Assembly (NCBI GenBank): GCA_000320545.1
Contig: ADNK01002518.1
Span: 29,194 to 93,193 of the forward strand
Direction of reading: 5' to 3'
Origin: Bigelowiella natans CCMP2755
Taxonomy: Eukaryota > Protista > Cercozoa
DNA: 64,000 bases
Positions 25,106 to 36,904 of the stretch are shown here, one piece after another; position 1 is the first letter of the stretch; each line of letters begins with the position of its first letter. The notes below the pieces were generated by a model. The model worked only from the letters and a program-made list of their open reading frames with translations, ran no database searches and was not told where the DNA came from. Position numbers and translations under genes: made by a program.

Positions 25106-27830
25106 GATCAGAATTTCGAAGATACTGAAGTTGCTCAGTGGTACAACGTTGGATCCGGGTGATTACTACTTGTCCTATATCGTTTCTATCTATTTAATCA
25201 TTGTACACTCACTATCATCGTCATGAAATCCTTCCGTCGATAGAGTAATAGCGAGAGTTTTAATATTACATATCCCGTAGCAATGAAGTTTTGTGCCTCC
25301 TCCTCCTCCTCCTCCTCCTGATAGAAGATACGACGTGTCCTTCCTTATACATTATCGTAGGCAACGGATACAAAGCATTGACATTGCGAGAATGCATACG
25401 CTATTGTGGAAGATCGATTCATATATGACCAGATTAGGTTGTTGTTGGTGTTTACTACTCCTCATGCGTATTGGTAGTAGCAGTAGCAGTAGCAGCAGCG
25501 TGTTCTTTGTTCCTACTGTGGAATGAGTGAATGAATGGCTGACTGGTTGGTGGTAGCTGCGAACAACAACAACAACAACTACAACAACAATAACACGAAG
25601 AAGAAGAAGATGATGATGATGAGAGGGAAGTGACATAATAGTGATGTGACGATGTACACATGAATCTGAAACATGTATATTACAGTCCGTAAAATGAAGC
25701 CAGAGCAAATACAGAAATACAGCATGGCTTCGTTGTTCGAGGTGGGTGATTAAAATGTCTAGTATTATTCACACAGATTCATTAATTGGTGAGTAAAGAA
25801 TGAGGAGGAATAATTATTGATGATAATGATGATGATGGTGATGATGATGACGATTTTATCTGTGATGAATACGACAACGACGATGATGATGAACATGAGA
25901 CCGTGTGGTTGGGAGGGAAGGAGACTATATATCACCTTGTGAGAAGATAATACACCTTCTGGTGCTACTCAATCAATAATCATCATCCTCATCACCATCA
26001 TGATATAAAGGTGTGCCGTAAGTCTATTTTAAAACGATTCTTCATCAAAGCACATGATAGAGGAGGAGGAGGAGAAAGGAAAGTACCCACAGAAGACAAT
26101 TCTACTACTACCACTTGTTCTTCCTCTCGTTCACCCGCCGATGATAGGATTCTTACAAAAATTGAAGAAAAAATTCTTTATAAACTTGCACGGTACTAGA
26201 AGAATGATAGGGAAAAGAAGAAGAAGAAAAAGAAGAGGATGAAGAAACATCGAGTAGCTATTAACGTGGAGTAGTAGCGGAGTAGTAGTAGTAGTGGTAG
26301 TATTACTACTAGTAGTAAACAATTCTAGTGTAAGTATCTGCTGCTGCTACTTTAATGAGTGTTAGTTGTTGATGGATGTTCTCCGTTACTTTTTTTGTCA
26401 ACAGACGTGCTTACGGTTATGTCTCAAATCTGGAAGATACAAGTCTTGAATTTGTCCGTCCTCCCCCGGTAGGTATTTACTTATTTGTTTGTCGTCACTT
26501 ATAATATGAATCTACTTATTTGTTTGTCGTCACTTATAATATGAATCTACTACTACTACTACTACTACTACTACTGAAACTATCTTATCAACATCGTACT
26601 ATACGATATCATCGTCATGAACATGCATAATGTATCCTTCTATTTCAGGGTGGGGAGACGTTCTCTTCTTCTTCCTCTTCTTCTTCCTCTTCTTCAAGAT
26701 TTGATACAGATGATCGTTTTGGTTCTCCTGAGCACGTACGTGAAGAAGCTCAAGAGATCAATTCCAAAATTTTCAAGTCCAAAACAACACTTAAGGTGAT
26801 GATTATTCTTTTTCCTATAATTGATATTATTGTGTCAATTGACTACTACTACTACTATCAACAAATGCATGCACCATTCATTGTGTATTATCAAGAGTAT
26901 ATCTCCTTAGAATCGCCCACATCGTCATCTTCCACATCATAATTTCAATGAAGATACTTTAAACAATATACATCTCCTAGTTGGATTATTTGCCATCATT
27001 ATCTCATTAATTCGTCAGTCTCATTGATCTAATCGTTATTATTACTTAATCCTAATGATCATCGACGTTAAGGTTGAAGCTGCCAAGGATGATGGAAATA
27101 AAGGGGATCGATTCGTCGTAGATGGGTAAGTAAGTAAGTAAGTGAGTAAGTAGAATGACTTCTCTCATCATTATCATCATCATCATCATCATCATCATCA
27201 TTGCTTCATTGCATGAATGACAGTAGGTATTCTTATTGCACAACACAGATACAAATGGCTCATAAACTTGCTAGCGGATAAATTACCTATACAAACAGAG
27301 GTATGAGTGAGCAAGTCTCTGTACGTTCATTGCGTGTAAATATGATGATAATGGTGGGTGTAGAGAAGGTATTTCATCGTGTTCTTCATCATATGGTTAT
27401 TGTTCAGAAATATATTGATATTCCAATCCAAATAAGTCTTCTTCTCTCCCCTCCCCCCCCCGTATTTCCCTTACTCTCATCAGCGTGAGGTGATATCCAT
27501 CAAAGATATCAGTGGCGGGTCCTCCTCCTCCTCCCTAGAGAACAAAGAAGAGGACAAAGACAACAGCAGTAAGTAGTGTGTCCTCCACCTTGATAAGAAT
27601 ACCAGATGTGTGACTTCTTATTCTTCAATAGCTATCAATAATACTTATAATATCCTGTTTGACGTTGGTAATAGGATGTTCATCATCACCCTCCATGGCA
27701 CCTGATCATCACTACCCAATATTAGTCACTTGCAAAGATGGCTCTAAGGTACTAGTAGTAGTAGTACTAGTAGTATCTTTATCGTGTAATCGATGGTAGA
27801 TAGTAGTAATAAAAGCCCCACAGTACACAG

Positions 27831-27869
<39 letters not shown>

Positions 27870-28874
27870 ATACACACACCTTATAATACTGCATATGTTG
27901 GCTACGACTTTATGATTCCTTATTTGGTTGCTCGTAACACTTGTCCTCATTTCATGCTAACTAACTACTTTCTTGTTTGCATGTAGTTTTGGTGTAAAAG
28001 GGTGATATGTACATTACCTCTAGAGATCCTCAGGGTATGTGTGTGTGTGTGTGTGTTATGTATGAACGTTCTCTGTGTATTATTAGTATTACTTGCTACT
28101 ACTACTACTACTACTACTACTATTCATAACTTGTAATATAGTGGTGGTGGTGATGGTGGTAGTAGGAATGATAAGAGTAGTAATAGAGGAATGACTTAAA
28201 ACGATTCGAGTAGCCATCATCATCATTATTATTATAATCATCATCATCATCATCATGATACACAGGAGACCATATTTTCTCCATCGCTTTCGAAACACAA
28301 GATAGAGGCAATGAGAAGGTAGTAGGTTTGTTGGTGCTCATCATATGTAGCAAGTAAGAGTGGGAGAGAGAGGGGGGGGGGGAGAGGAGAAGTATTGCCA
28401 TTCTAATCATCACCCCCCCCTGCCCGCCCCCTCTCCCAGGATTTCCACAGGGGCTCATAACAAGATTATTCTTCGATTCAATCATTTGAAGGTATTACAG
28501 TAACAAGAAAGAGAAAACATCTCACCCACTTATTCTATTGTGTGATGCTGCTGTTACTACATAAAGAAGATATTTTGGCCTGTGGATATCCCCCAATTCA
28601 ACTGTGACGACCCTCGGTATGGTGATAATGATGATGAATTTGATCATGATCATGATACTCGATTATTGTTGTTCTTGTTGTTTGTCGTACAATGGTGAAT
28701 GTCTAGTAAATGGACTATATCATCTTAGAAAAATCTGAAATCATCATCAATATCACATCATCATACAATATCATCATACAATATCATCATGTTGTTCAGA
28801 TTTCAGTTTTTAAATCTCCATTGTTATGGGAAAGCTGGCATTATTCTCGCTCATGTCTGTAGGGACACCAGCAT

Positions 28875-28921
<47 letters not shown>

Positions 28922-29772
28922 TTATAACATTATTCTCACGATCATTGCGAAGAAGAAGAAGAAGAAGAAGAAGAAGAAGAAGAAGAAGACGATGACAACA
29001 GTCAGCTGCATCATAGCGATAAATAGCTTCACTTACGACGTGATATTAATAGATGATGATGATGATGATGATGACGATGATGATGACAGCTGTAGTCGGA
29101 ATTCATGCAAAGATTGTTTCTCTTTCCTCCTCCTCCTTGTCGTCGTCATATGTCTTCGTGTTGTCTAAATTATTGTTGAAGATATTTCCTCCCTATGCCT
29201 ACGGATATGGCGCTGATTCTCAAAGCAGCAGCAGCAGCAGCAGTAACAACAACTTGGAAGTTGTTAAAGAGGTCACAATATTAATAACCGGGAGCTACTA
29301 CTATAATTTAATCTAATATTTGTTATCATAATTATTATTTTTAATCTCTATGAAAGGTATTGGTAGTGCTTTCCAGGATGTTTGGAATATCAATGAGTGC
29401 ATTGCAAGAAAGATTGTTGGACTACATCGTGACAAGATGGGATGATGAATCCTATTCGAGAGGATCCTATAGTTACTTGAGGCCGGGAGGTTGTATGTAT
29501 GTATGTATTATTATAGTACTATCAATGTTAATTAATATATAAATATAAACATTATGTAACTTCTTCAATCGATTTGTCTGTGTGCAGGGCATATGCAGCA
29601 TTTAAAAGACCTACAAGCACCCCTTAGGAGAACATCTACAGGAGAAAATATTGTGCATTTTGCTGGGGAAGCATGCACAACCGTTGGATTTCAGGTGGCA
29701 AGCGATGCAGTATATGCTTTGGACAATAGACACGACGAAGATGATTTGTGTTTTTTACACGCACACACAAAC

Positions 29773-29815
<43 letters not shown>

Positions 29816-30073
29816 ATTACATAATAACGCAGCACTGTGTCTTCTATAGTTTGGGAAGGGAAATCGTACGACACAAATGATGTACAATAATAGTATTATC
29901 ATTCAGGATGGTGTAATGACACTCCTTTGTTTGCTTTGTATGTGAGCCATCATCACCAAGTACAACCTGGCCGCTTAGTCACGCAGTATAATTTTTTTTA
30001 GTGCGTCCACGGTGCGTACATTTCTGGAGAGAAAGCTGCATGTGAAGTCGCAAAAGATTTAAAAAAGAAGTAG
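23894..30073 (+). CDS. Flavin-containing amine oxidase (polyamine oxidase/LSD1-like family), many exons
   Basis: YDVVIVGAGVAGLSAARQL, ILEARSRIGGRVHT, DLGANYIH, TRWDDESYSRGSYSY, VHFAGEACTTVGFQ-CVHGAYISGEKAA...KKK* (TAG 30071-30073). Start approximate. Confidence 0.88.
26478..26550 (+). repeat. Perfect 35-bp tandem duplication in an intron
   Basis: tacttatttgtttgtcgtcacttataatatgaatc occurs twice. Confidence 0.9.
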
Positions 30074-30276
30074 TCGATGTGTGGCTGCGTATGCATATCG
30101 TCATCATGCATCATCGAAAGCTCTAAGTTTTCGTTGACGACAATGACAGTCGAGCGGTGTATAGATAAGCACACCAATAACTACTTAGATTTGGTCACCA
30201 TCAGCTGAGTTGCCCCTCCTCATATACGTAGTGCATGCCATGGCTGCGCAATGTCCACATGGCCATAGCCATGAAA

Positions 30277-30383
30277 CGGATGCAATGAACAATCTTTTAA
30301 ATGGTGAGCATCCTGATGTAGCCATGCAAACCAGCGGCTATAGCGCTTGAATTGTATCTGTTCACGTTTCTGCTGTGATGTCT
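30277..30383 (+). repeat. Short dispersed repeat, copy 1 (others at ~30664-30743 and ~55378-55494)
   Basis: Shared core cggatgYaatgaa...aatggt..catcc...gtagc..tgca...cRgcggc. Copies 1 and 3 also share gctgtgatgtct. Confidence 0.7.
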
Positions 30384-30663
30384 TTCATGCATGAAAATAC
30401 AATGTGGCGCGCAGTGTAACGTGTTTCCTTCCATTCTGGTGAACAAAGTCTTTTGCTAGTTTAGTCTCGTCGTCTTTGTCCGCCGTGATGGTAGTCAGTT
30501 GATTACCGTGTGCTGTTTGTTGATGAGCATGCTTTGGGCGGCTCAGCAACGCCACATAGCTGCTTACATAGCTGCTCAATGTAGTAGTGTGTGGTCGCAA
30601 TCCCAATTTCCTGTTTGCAATTGCTGTGCAGGCTGGGATGATGCATTCATCTAGTTTATGAGA

Positions 30664-30743
30664 CGGATGTAATGAATGCTAGAATGAATTAAAATTTTCA
30701 ATGGTCATCCCAAGGTAGCATGCAGAGCAGCGGCCAGCAGCGG
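30664..30743 (+). repeat. Short dispersed repeat, copy 2
   Basis: cggatgtaatgaat...tcaatggtcatcc..gtagcatgca..gcagcggc matches 55378 onward and 30277 onward. Confidence 0.65.
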
Positions 30744-30767
30744 TTAAATTGTGTTTGTCTAGCACAG

Positions 30768-31330
30768 ATGCAGCAGCACCATGGGCCACACCCACATTTC
30801 ATTTCCCATCTGCCGTCAGTAGAGGGAAATCGCAAAATTTTCATTTCAAAAATTCACTTACTGACGACCTACTGCTGAAGTGAATTGCTAGAATGACATG
30901 GCAAAATCACAGGCACATCCCATGTGTTTTGTGAAAACAATCTTTGTTAAAAATGACATGGCAAAATCCACAGCAGAGCATCGTTAAAAACACTGTAAAT
31001 TTGTTCTCACCTAAAATGATAAATGACAATGTTCAAATCAAAAATGGGGAAGCCATTGGACAAATGGCTGACGGAAGAACAATTCAGATCTTTGAAGAAC
31101 AAAAGATTTTTGTGTGTGATGTCGTCTGACATGGACACACACAAAAGGAAACCTACTGAAGAACTTGTCATCAAGTTCGGTCAAGGCAAAGGAACTCAAC
31201 CAGCATCAAGATCAAAAGATTACATGTCACATTGTGGACATACTGATAACAAAAGGCCCTGGATGGGTTGCTGTAAACTGACGGCAAATGGGAAATGAAA
31301 TGTGGGGTGTGCCCCATGGTGCTGCTGCAT
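30768..31330. mobile_element. Non-autonomous TIR element (MITE-like, ~560 bp, ~53-bp terminal inverted repeats)
   Basis: 30768-30820 (atgcagcagcaccatgggccacacccacatttcatttcccatctgccgtcagt) is the near-perfect reverse complement of 31277-31330. Internal direct repeat aatgacatggcaaaatc at ~30892 and ~30952. No transposase. Confidence 0.8.
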
Positions 31331-32045
31331 GCTTGCCACCAAGGTGTGATCATCGGCATGCATGCGCTTAAATTTGCTGACGATCGCACGCACGTACGTG
31401 CGTGATCATGATAGACATGCAATACACAATATATATAATATATATAGTGTATTGCTGTGTCTATTATCTTTACGTTGTGTGTCGTGATCAGTAGACATGT
31501 GCGTGTCGTTAGATGCATGCATGGTGCCGCCGAAATTGTCGCTTGCTGGCGGCACGTCTATGGGCCGCACAATGCGACATCTGGCCATGCAATAAGACAA
31601 CGCAACAATGCCTGCATAGGGCATGAGAAATCATTGATCACGACGGCCATGCACGCACCTCCCCGGCTGGATCAACAACATGCAACAACGTAACGTGATG
31701 TAATGATTTGGATTGATGCATACAAAATGCAAAATTATTATTGATCTACAACTTCATCACTGTTATCGAGTGATTGCTCTGCTAGTTTACATGAGAGGCA
31801 ACGACATAAAGAATAAGATTTACATTTGAGATATAAAGCTTGTTCACAGCAGCTAGCTACGAGGTGACATGTTGACTCAATGAGTCATTGTTATTAACCC
31901 AGCATTTATGTGATAATCCAACGACGCGACACCATTTCTCCAGCTCCAAATCGATGAAAACGGTAGTTGTCACAACAGTATTCATGTGTAAAAGAATGAT
32001 GAGACAAAAAAATAATTTTGGCATCACTTGTTCCAATTGTAACAA

Positions 32046-35000
32046 TTACTCACGCTCACTTCTGACGTTTATATGAGTGCTTTTCATTCTTTTGACATAT
32101 TTCATTAGATCCCCAGAAGTGAGATGTTTTGATTTATCGAAGCTTATCACAAGATTGAAAAACTGCATCCATAGCTCAAACGTTCGATCAGTGCAGGCTA
32201 TCAAATCTACGGAGATCCTATCCTTAGATTTGAAAAGGAGAGAGAAAGATCTTCGTGAGTACATCTCCTTCTTGTGAATTTTCTTTATTCGGCGTTTGAA
32301 TAATTGAGTCTTTTGGCCAACACACACGTCTCTTATACTAGCTATAGGAAAGCTCTTGCTGTGCCGTTTCCTATTTTCTCCCCAGAATAACGTTTTTCCA
32401 TCATCACTTACCCATAGCAGCCTCTCACGTGGACTACCACGTCGCCCATACTTGATAAATGCACTGCCCTTTTTCAGTTCTTCCAATATTACTTCCATTG
32501 TGTCGTCGCTCTTTCCTTGACCAATCGGTGCTTTCAAGTCTTGTGTATTCTCCCTTGTAAGCATGGGTTTCACATCAGCGGCGTCTAAGGGGTTGTTCCC
32601 CATTTTTGACTGCTGCTGCTGCTGCTGCTGCTGTTCTGAGTGTTGCTGGTGCTTCTTTTCTTCTAGCATATTATCTCGTGGCTTATGTACTGCCGCTGCT
32701 CCTGTGGAATCTGCGGGCACAAGCTCTTTTGGATTCTTGCCACCCCCCTTTGTTGCAGCACTCGAATGTACGACGTTGTCATCCCTATCCGGTTCAAACT
32801 TCTTTGTAGTAGTAGCCTTCATATCTCTCTGTAACTTAGAAGCAGACGTATTCTTGCTGTTTGGATCGCCTTCTTCGGTGGCATGTCTAGGTGTCATCAT
32901 ATTAACATAGCTTCGATCGAGGAGTTCTTTCTCTTCGCCGCTATGCTGATCATCTTGGCCCTCCTCTGGCTGGAGCTCTTCCAACTGAGATCCTGGTTGC
33001 GTATCTGTTTGAAGAATTGAAACAGAGACGGCAGCAATGGGGTCATTCTCACCATCGTAAACAATTTCTGTATTGTTTCTCTCTCTTGCTGATAGCTTCT
33101 GGATCTTTCCTTGGGATGGCGTCTCTCGTGTCACTACAACAGTCTCTCTTTGCCACTTTGATTCACTTCCTTCATATTCATCAAGAACCGCGCCTGTATC
33201 TTCTGCTTCTGATGCAATTGACGAATACATTTTATTTTCCTTCGTGCTTCTATCTACTTGTTCATCATCGTCATGCTGTGCTAATTCTGGGTCGTCATTT
33301 TCACCAATATCATCTCTTCTGCTTACATTCTGATCTTGATGCTTTGCATCGATTAATCCTTGCTCATTAGAGGTGTTGGTAGTGGTTATAACCTTGGTGT
33401 CAGGACGATGATGATGATTATCACCATCAGATGGTTGCAGCTGGGTACTACTTCTTGTATGACTAGCACCACCCCTTTGTTCTAACTCTATGGTATTCCG
33501 TCGTTCAATTTTGTCGCTTTCGACATCATCATTCTGCTCCTCCTGATGCCACATCCCACTAAGTAGCACGTCCGTTTCCAGCATGCTATCTAATTCATCA
33601 AAAACTGTAGGAATTTTCGAGCCTTGCTGTCTTAACACTGTTTTCTTTTGTTTTTCTTTGTCTCCTCCTCCTTGGCCGACAACAGCATCGTCACCGTTTA
33701 CCACCTGCTGGTGCTGCTGCAGTGGATGATAAGTTTGAATCTCCATTGTAGAGTTAGTAGCTGCCATGCCAAATGACAATGGGCTGCTTAAATCAAAAGG
33801 GTGCTCCGACTTTTGCTCATTTTTGCCATTTCTATATTTTTTTCCAGCAGTAGCTATTGAGGCAGGAGTAAGATAGTTTTGCTTTCCATCCCTTATCCAC
33901 ATTTCGATGAATTTACCATGAAGGTAACCTGCCACCTCCCCAACGTTGTTACGACGGGAATACGATGACGATGACATATTCGATGCATTACCACTGATCT
34001 GATTATTCAAGGCCATATGCATAATCAAACCCTTTATTTTCCGCTCATAGGGAATTTGCTTTAGCTCGAATGCATGCAAAGCCAAAAGTCCCATGCAGGA
34101 CGTAAACTCAGACAAAGCTAACTTCGATCGATTAGGGTCCTTGAGAATGTTTTTTCTGTCAATAGTTTTTGCCATAAGGAAGTACATTCCAATGTCCAGT
34201 GCTGTGATGTTCAGGGTTGTAATCGAAAATGCATTGCAAATTTTCAGGAAGGTCTTGAAGTTAATGAGACAAGAATCTGAAGCAGACGTATAGACTTTGA
34301 TCAGTTTTTCAAAGAAATCTCGATAGAGATAGAGAACATTTACAACTGACTGCATTCGTAAGAGCTTCAACTTTGGATCAGGGATCCAACGCTTTGCATT
34401 AGGTAGTATCTTTTGGAATATCAGCTCTTGGACTGCTGCTTGAGAAGAAGACTGCGACGACGTATTTGATTTTTTTGGGTTAGTAGCCTTCTGGTTCTTT
34501 TTACTTCCGCTGAGTATACGACTATGTGCCACTTTCTTCAGTGCTTGAAGGAATTGCTCAAAGGTAACGTATCCCAAAGAAGTTTTAGCATCTGATGCCT
34601 TCATGAAAATAATGTCAACTTCTTGCCTGATGAGGTTTCTATCCAGCTTCTTCGCCGATTCACGATTATTTAGTAGTAGACGGGAATCATGAAGAAGTTG
34701 AATGAATTGTTTGTTGGACATATGCTCTATTTGTCCTGGTTTCGAGGATTGGAGGCAATAGAACGTGAAAATTCTCCACAACTCATCATATGCGTCGAAG
34801 GTGGCAGCATCATTCGTAGATGTCTGTTGGCGTGATGTTCTCTCTCCCTCCACACTGAAAGGAAGTGTACTCAGCCGGAACCTTCGTTGCATTGTTTCAT
34901 GAGATCTAGGGCTCCGCCTGGGACTCTTAACCATTGACTTTTTCTTTCCCACTTTGTGTTTTGGAATATTCTTCCTTTTTGGTAACAATGCCTCGAAGGT

Positions 35001-35534
35001 GTTGGTTGTTGTTTCCTCTCCCCCTTTGTATTGAAGATCGATGCTTAAATCAACTTTTGAGATATCCTCTGTGTTGTAGTCCTCCTGTTCTTCCTCGCTG
35101 TCAGGCTCATCATCTAACTTTGAAGATGGGGACTTTTCTTGTACTATGTCTTCAAGATCTTTTTCCAACTTTTGCCATGCGTCCAGCTTCTTCTCGGTGT
35201 TGCCTTTTCGCGACGAGTTTTGAATTGTCTTCCCAAAAATGTCTCCGCTTGTGGGAAAACTCATCTCTTGAAGAATATTCTCTTCCAGTGAATGCGTCGA
35301 GTTTGCTGTTGTGGCTTTCATAAACGATTCTCTTTTAACAATTCGCGACGAGTTTTGAATTTTCTTCCTAAAAATGTCTCCGCTAGTGGTAAAACTCATC
35401 TCTTTTATCTGGCTTTTCCTCTTCATTTCATCCCTTTTTTTCTCTTGAAGCATGATTGCCCTGGTCTTCCTGACATAGGGTATGCTACTACCCTTGATGC
35501 CTCTGCGTTTTTTTGGAGAGGTAGTAGTCCTCAT
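32046..35534 (-). CDS. Large intronless protein with a p25alpha/EF-hand-like helical region and a C-terminal PH domain
   Basis: Open frame of 1231 codons (first ATG at 35534). IFTFYC..MSNKQFIQLLHDS..EVDIIF..VTFEQFLQALKKVA is p25alpha/TPPP-like. LKKGSAFIKYGRRGSPRERLLW..SIRDVCVGQKT..SFSLLF..SVDLIA..FELWM is a PLC-type PH domain. Confidence 0.75.
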   Translation of the reverse strand: MRTTTSPKKRRGIKGSSIPYVRKTRAIMLQEKKRDEMKRKSQIKEMSFTTSGDIFRKKIQNSSRIVKRESFMKATTANSTHSLEENILQEMSFPTSGDIFGKTIQNSSRKGNTEKKLDAWQKLEKDLEDIVQEKSPSSKLDDEPDSEEEQEDYNTEDISKVDLSIDLQYKGGEETTTNTFEALLPKRKNIPKHKVGKKKSMVKSPRRSPRSHETMQRRFRLSTLPFSVEGERTSRQQTSTNDAATFDAYDELWRIFTFYCLQSSKPGQIEHMSNKQFIQLLHDSRLLLNNRESAKKLDRNLIRQEVDIIFMKASDAKTSLGYVTFEQFLQALKKVAHSRILSGSKKNQKATNPKKSNTSSQSSSQAAVQELIFQKILPNAKRWIPDPKLKLLRMQSVVNVLYLYRDFFEKLIKVYTSASDSCLINFKTFLKICNAFSITTLNITALDIGMYFLMAKTIDRKNILKDPNRSKLALSEFTSCMGLLALHAFELKQIPYERKIKGLIMHMALNNQISGNASNMSSSSYSRRNNVGEVAGYLHGKFIEMWIRDGKQNYLTPASIATAGKKYRNGKNEQKSEHPFDLSSPLSFGMAATNSTMEIQTYHPLQQHQQVVNGDDAVVGQGGGDKEKQKKTVLRQQGSKIPTVFDELDSMLETDVLLSGMWHQEEQNDDVESDKIERRNTIELEQRGGASHTRSSTQLQPSDGDNHHHRPDTKVITTTNTSNEQGLIDAKHQDQNVSRRDDIGENDDPELAQHDDDEQVDRSTKENKMYSSIASEAEDTGAVLDEYEGSESKWQRETVVVTRETPSQGKIQKLSARERNNTEIVYDGENDPIAAVSVSILQTDTQPGSQLEELQPEEGQDDQHSGEEKELLDRSYVNMMTPRHATEEGDPNSKNTSASKLQRDMKATTTKKFEPDRDDNVVHSSAATKGGGKNPKELVPADSTGAAAVHKPRDNMLEEKKHQQHSEQQQQQQQQSKMGNNPLDAADVKPMLTRENTQDLKAPIGQGKSDDTMEVILEELKKGSAFIKYGRRGSPRERLLWVSDDGKTLFWGENRKRHSKSFPIASIRDVCVGQKTQLFKRRIKKIHKKEMYSRRSFSLLFKSKDRISVDLIACTDRTFELWMQFFNLVISFDKSKHLTSGDLMKYVKRMKSTHINVRSERE

Positions 35535-36904
35535 TTTGGAATTATACTCACTGTCGTTGGAATTTATAGTGTTTATGGTTGCGTTGAGTAGTTGCGATGA
35601 ATCCCCCTTGCTGGTTTCAATCTTCGCTGTTATGCCACTGGTCCCTGCTGTTTTCCGATTATACACACTTGGAATTACCACAAGTATGGATGGGATGTGC
35701 GCGACAACGAGTGAAATTGTGCATTCGTGTAATATTTCCAAATAAATTTAATTGAAACCTTTTCGTGTCCTTATTCTTGCATAAACAACGCCATCAGGAA
35801 GCTGCGACATCCACAAAGAGCACTTCTCCATGGAAGGCCATGAACATGCATCACCTAATTGAAGATATTGAGAATCTATTCCATCTCGATGTACAAATCA
35901 TTTTGGGAATGATATTACTGTCATGTAACTCCACATATTTAGCGCTACAATTCCATGCGCTACCGACCTACCATAAATAATTCAAAATCAATCGAGATAT
36001 TGCAATCTTAATACTACGTTACCATTTCAGCGAGTTGGCCAAAGGTCGCATTTTGAGCGAGTTCAAATGACCTCTGATCCCCACGAAAACGCACCACTAC
36101 GACTGTAAATCATACAACTAATAACCACTATTGTTCATTGAAAACAAAGAGGAAGCTACCTAAGTCGTCGCCACTCATTTCTTGTGCTGCAAACGACTAT
36201 TAGGAATCGACTGGATCCTTCTGTGGAGCAACCTTTCGGAGGAGAAGAAGCACAAGTAGACTACTCTCCTCTCACTATACTAAATCTAGATCTTCGATCG
36301 TGGATATTAAACGGGTGTGTCTGTCGTCTCTCAAGACGATTGTCTTCAACGTCGGTTTCGGCTGTAACGAACAAAGCCTTTTTAGTCCGAGAAGATCTCG
36401 AGACGTAATCGAGATGGGATGCACCCGTTTGGATCTCCACGGAATCTCCGTATTCATGTGTGCCTAATCTTCGCTAAGATATCCAATGGGGCTTGACTTA
36501 GCAGGAAAACATAGACGTAAATGTTCAAATTACAATAAAACGGTATATCCGGTATTTGATAAGTAGGTAAAGAAATTGGTTATTTTCCTGCGACGACATT
36601 AATTTGAGGCTATTTTATTGAACACTACTGTACGTTAAGAGACTACTCAAAAGACCAGACAGGAAGGAGGTCCGGATGATGGGAAAGTAATGATTATGAT
36701 GACGATGACGATGGCGTGTTGAGATAAAGACCAGCACATTCTTCCTTTTGGCCATGTTTCACCCTGACTCCAAGAAAAGGTCTTTAATTCTCTTATGAAT
36801 TCCTGAAAAAAATGGTTAAGGCTAAGCCATTATTATTGAAATATTCCACCAGTTTATTCATTGCACTGCCGACGGTTTGATGTGTTTTCAGCGGGCGAGA
36901 GGGC

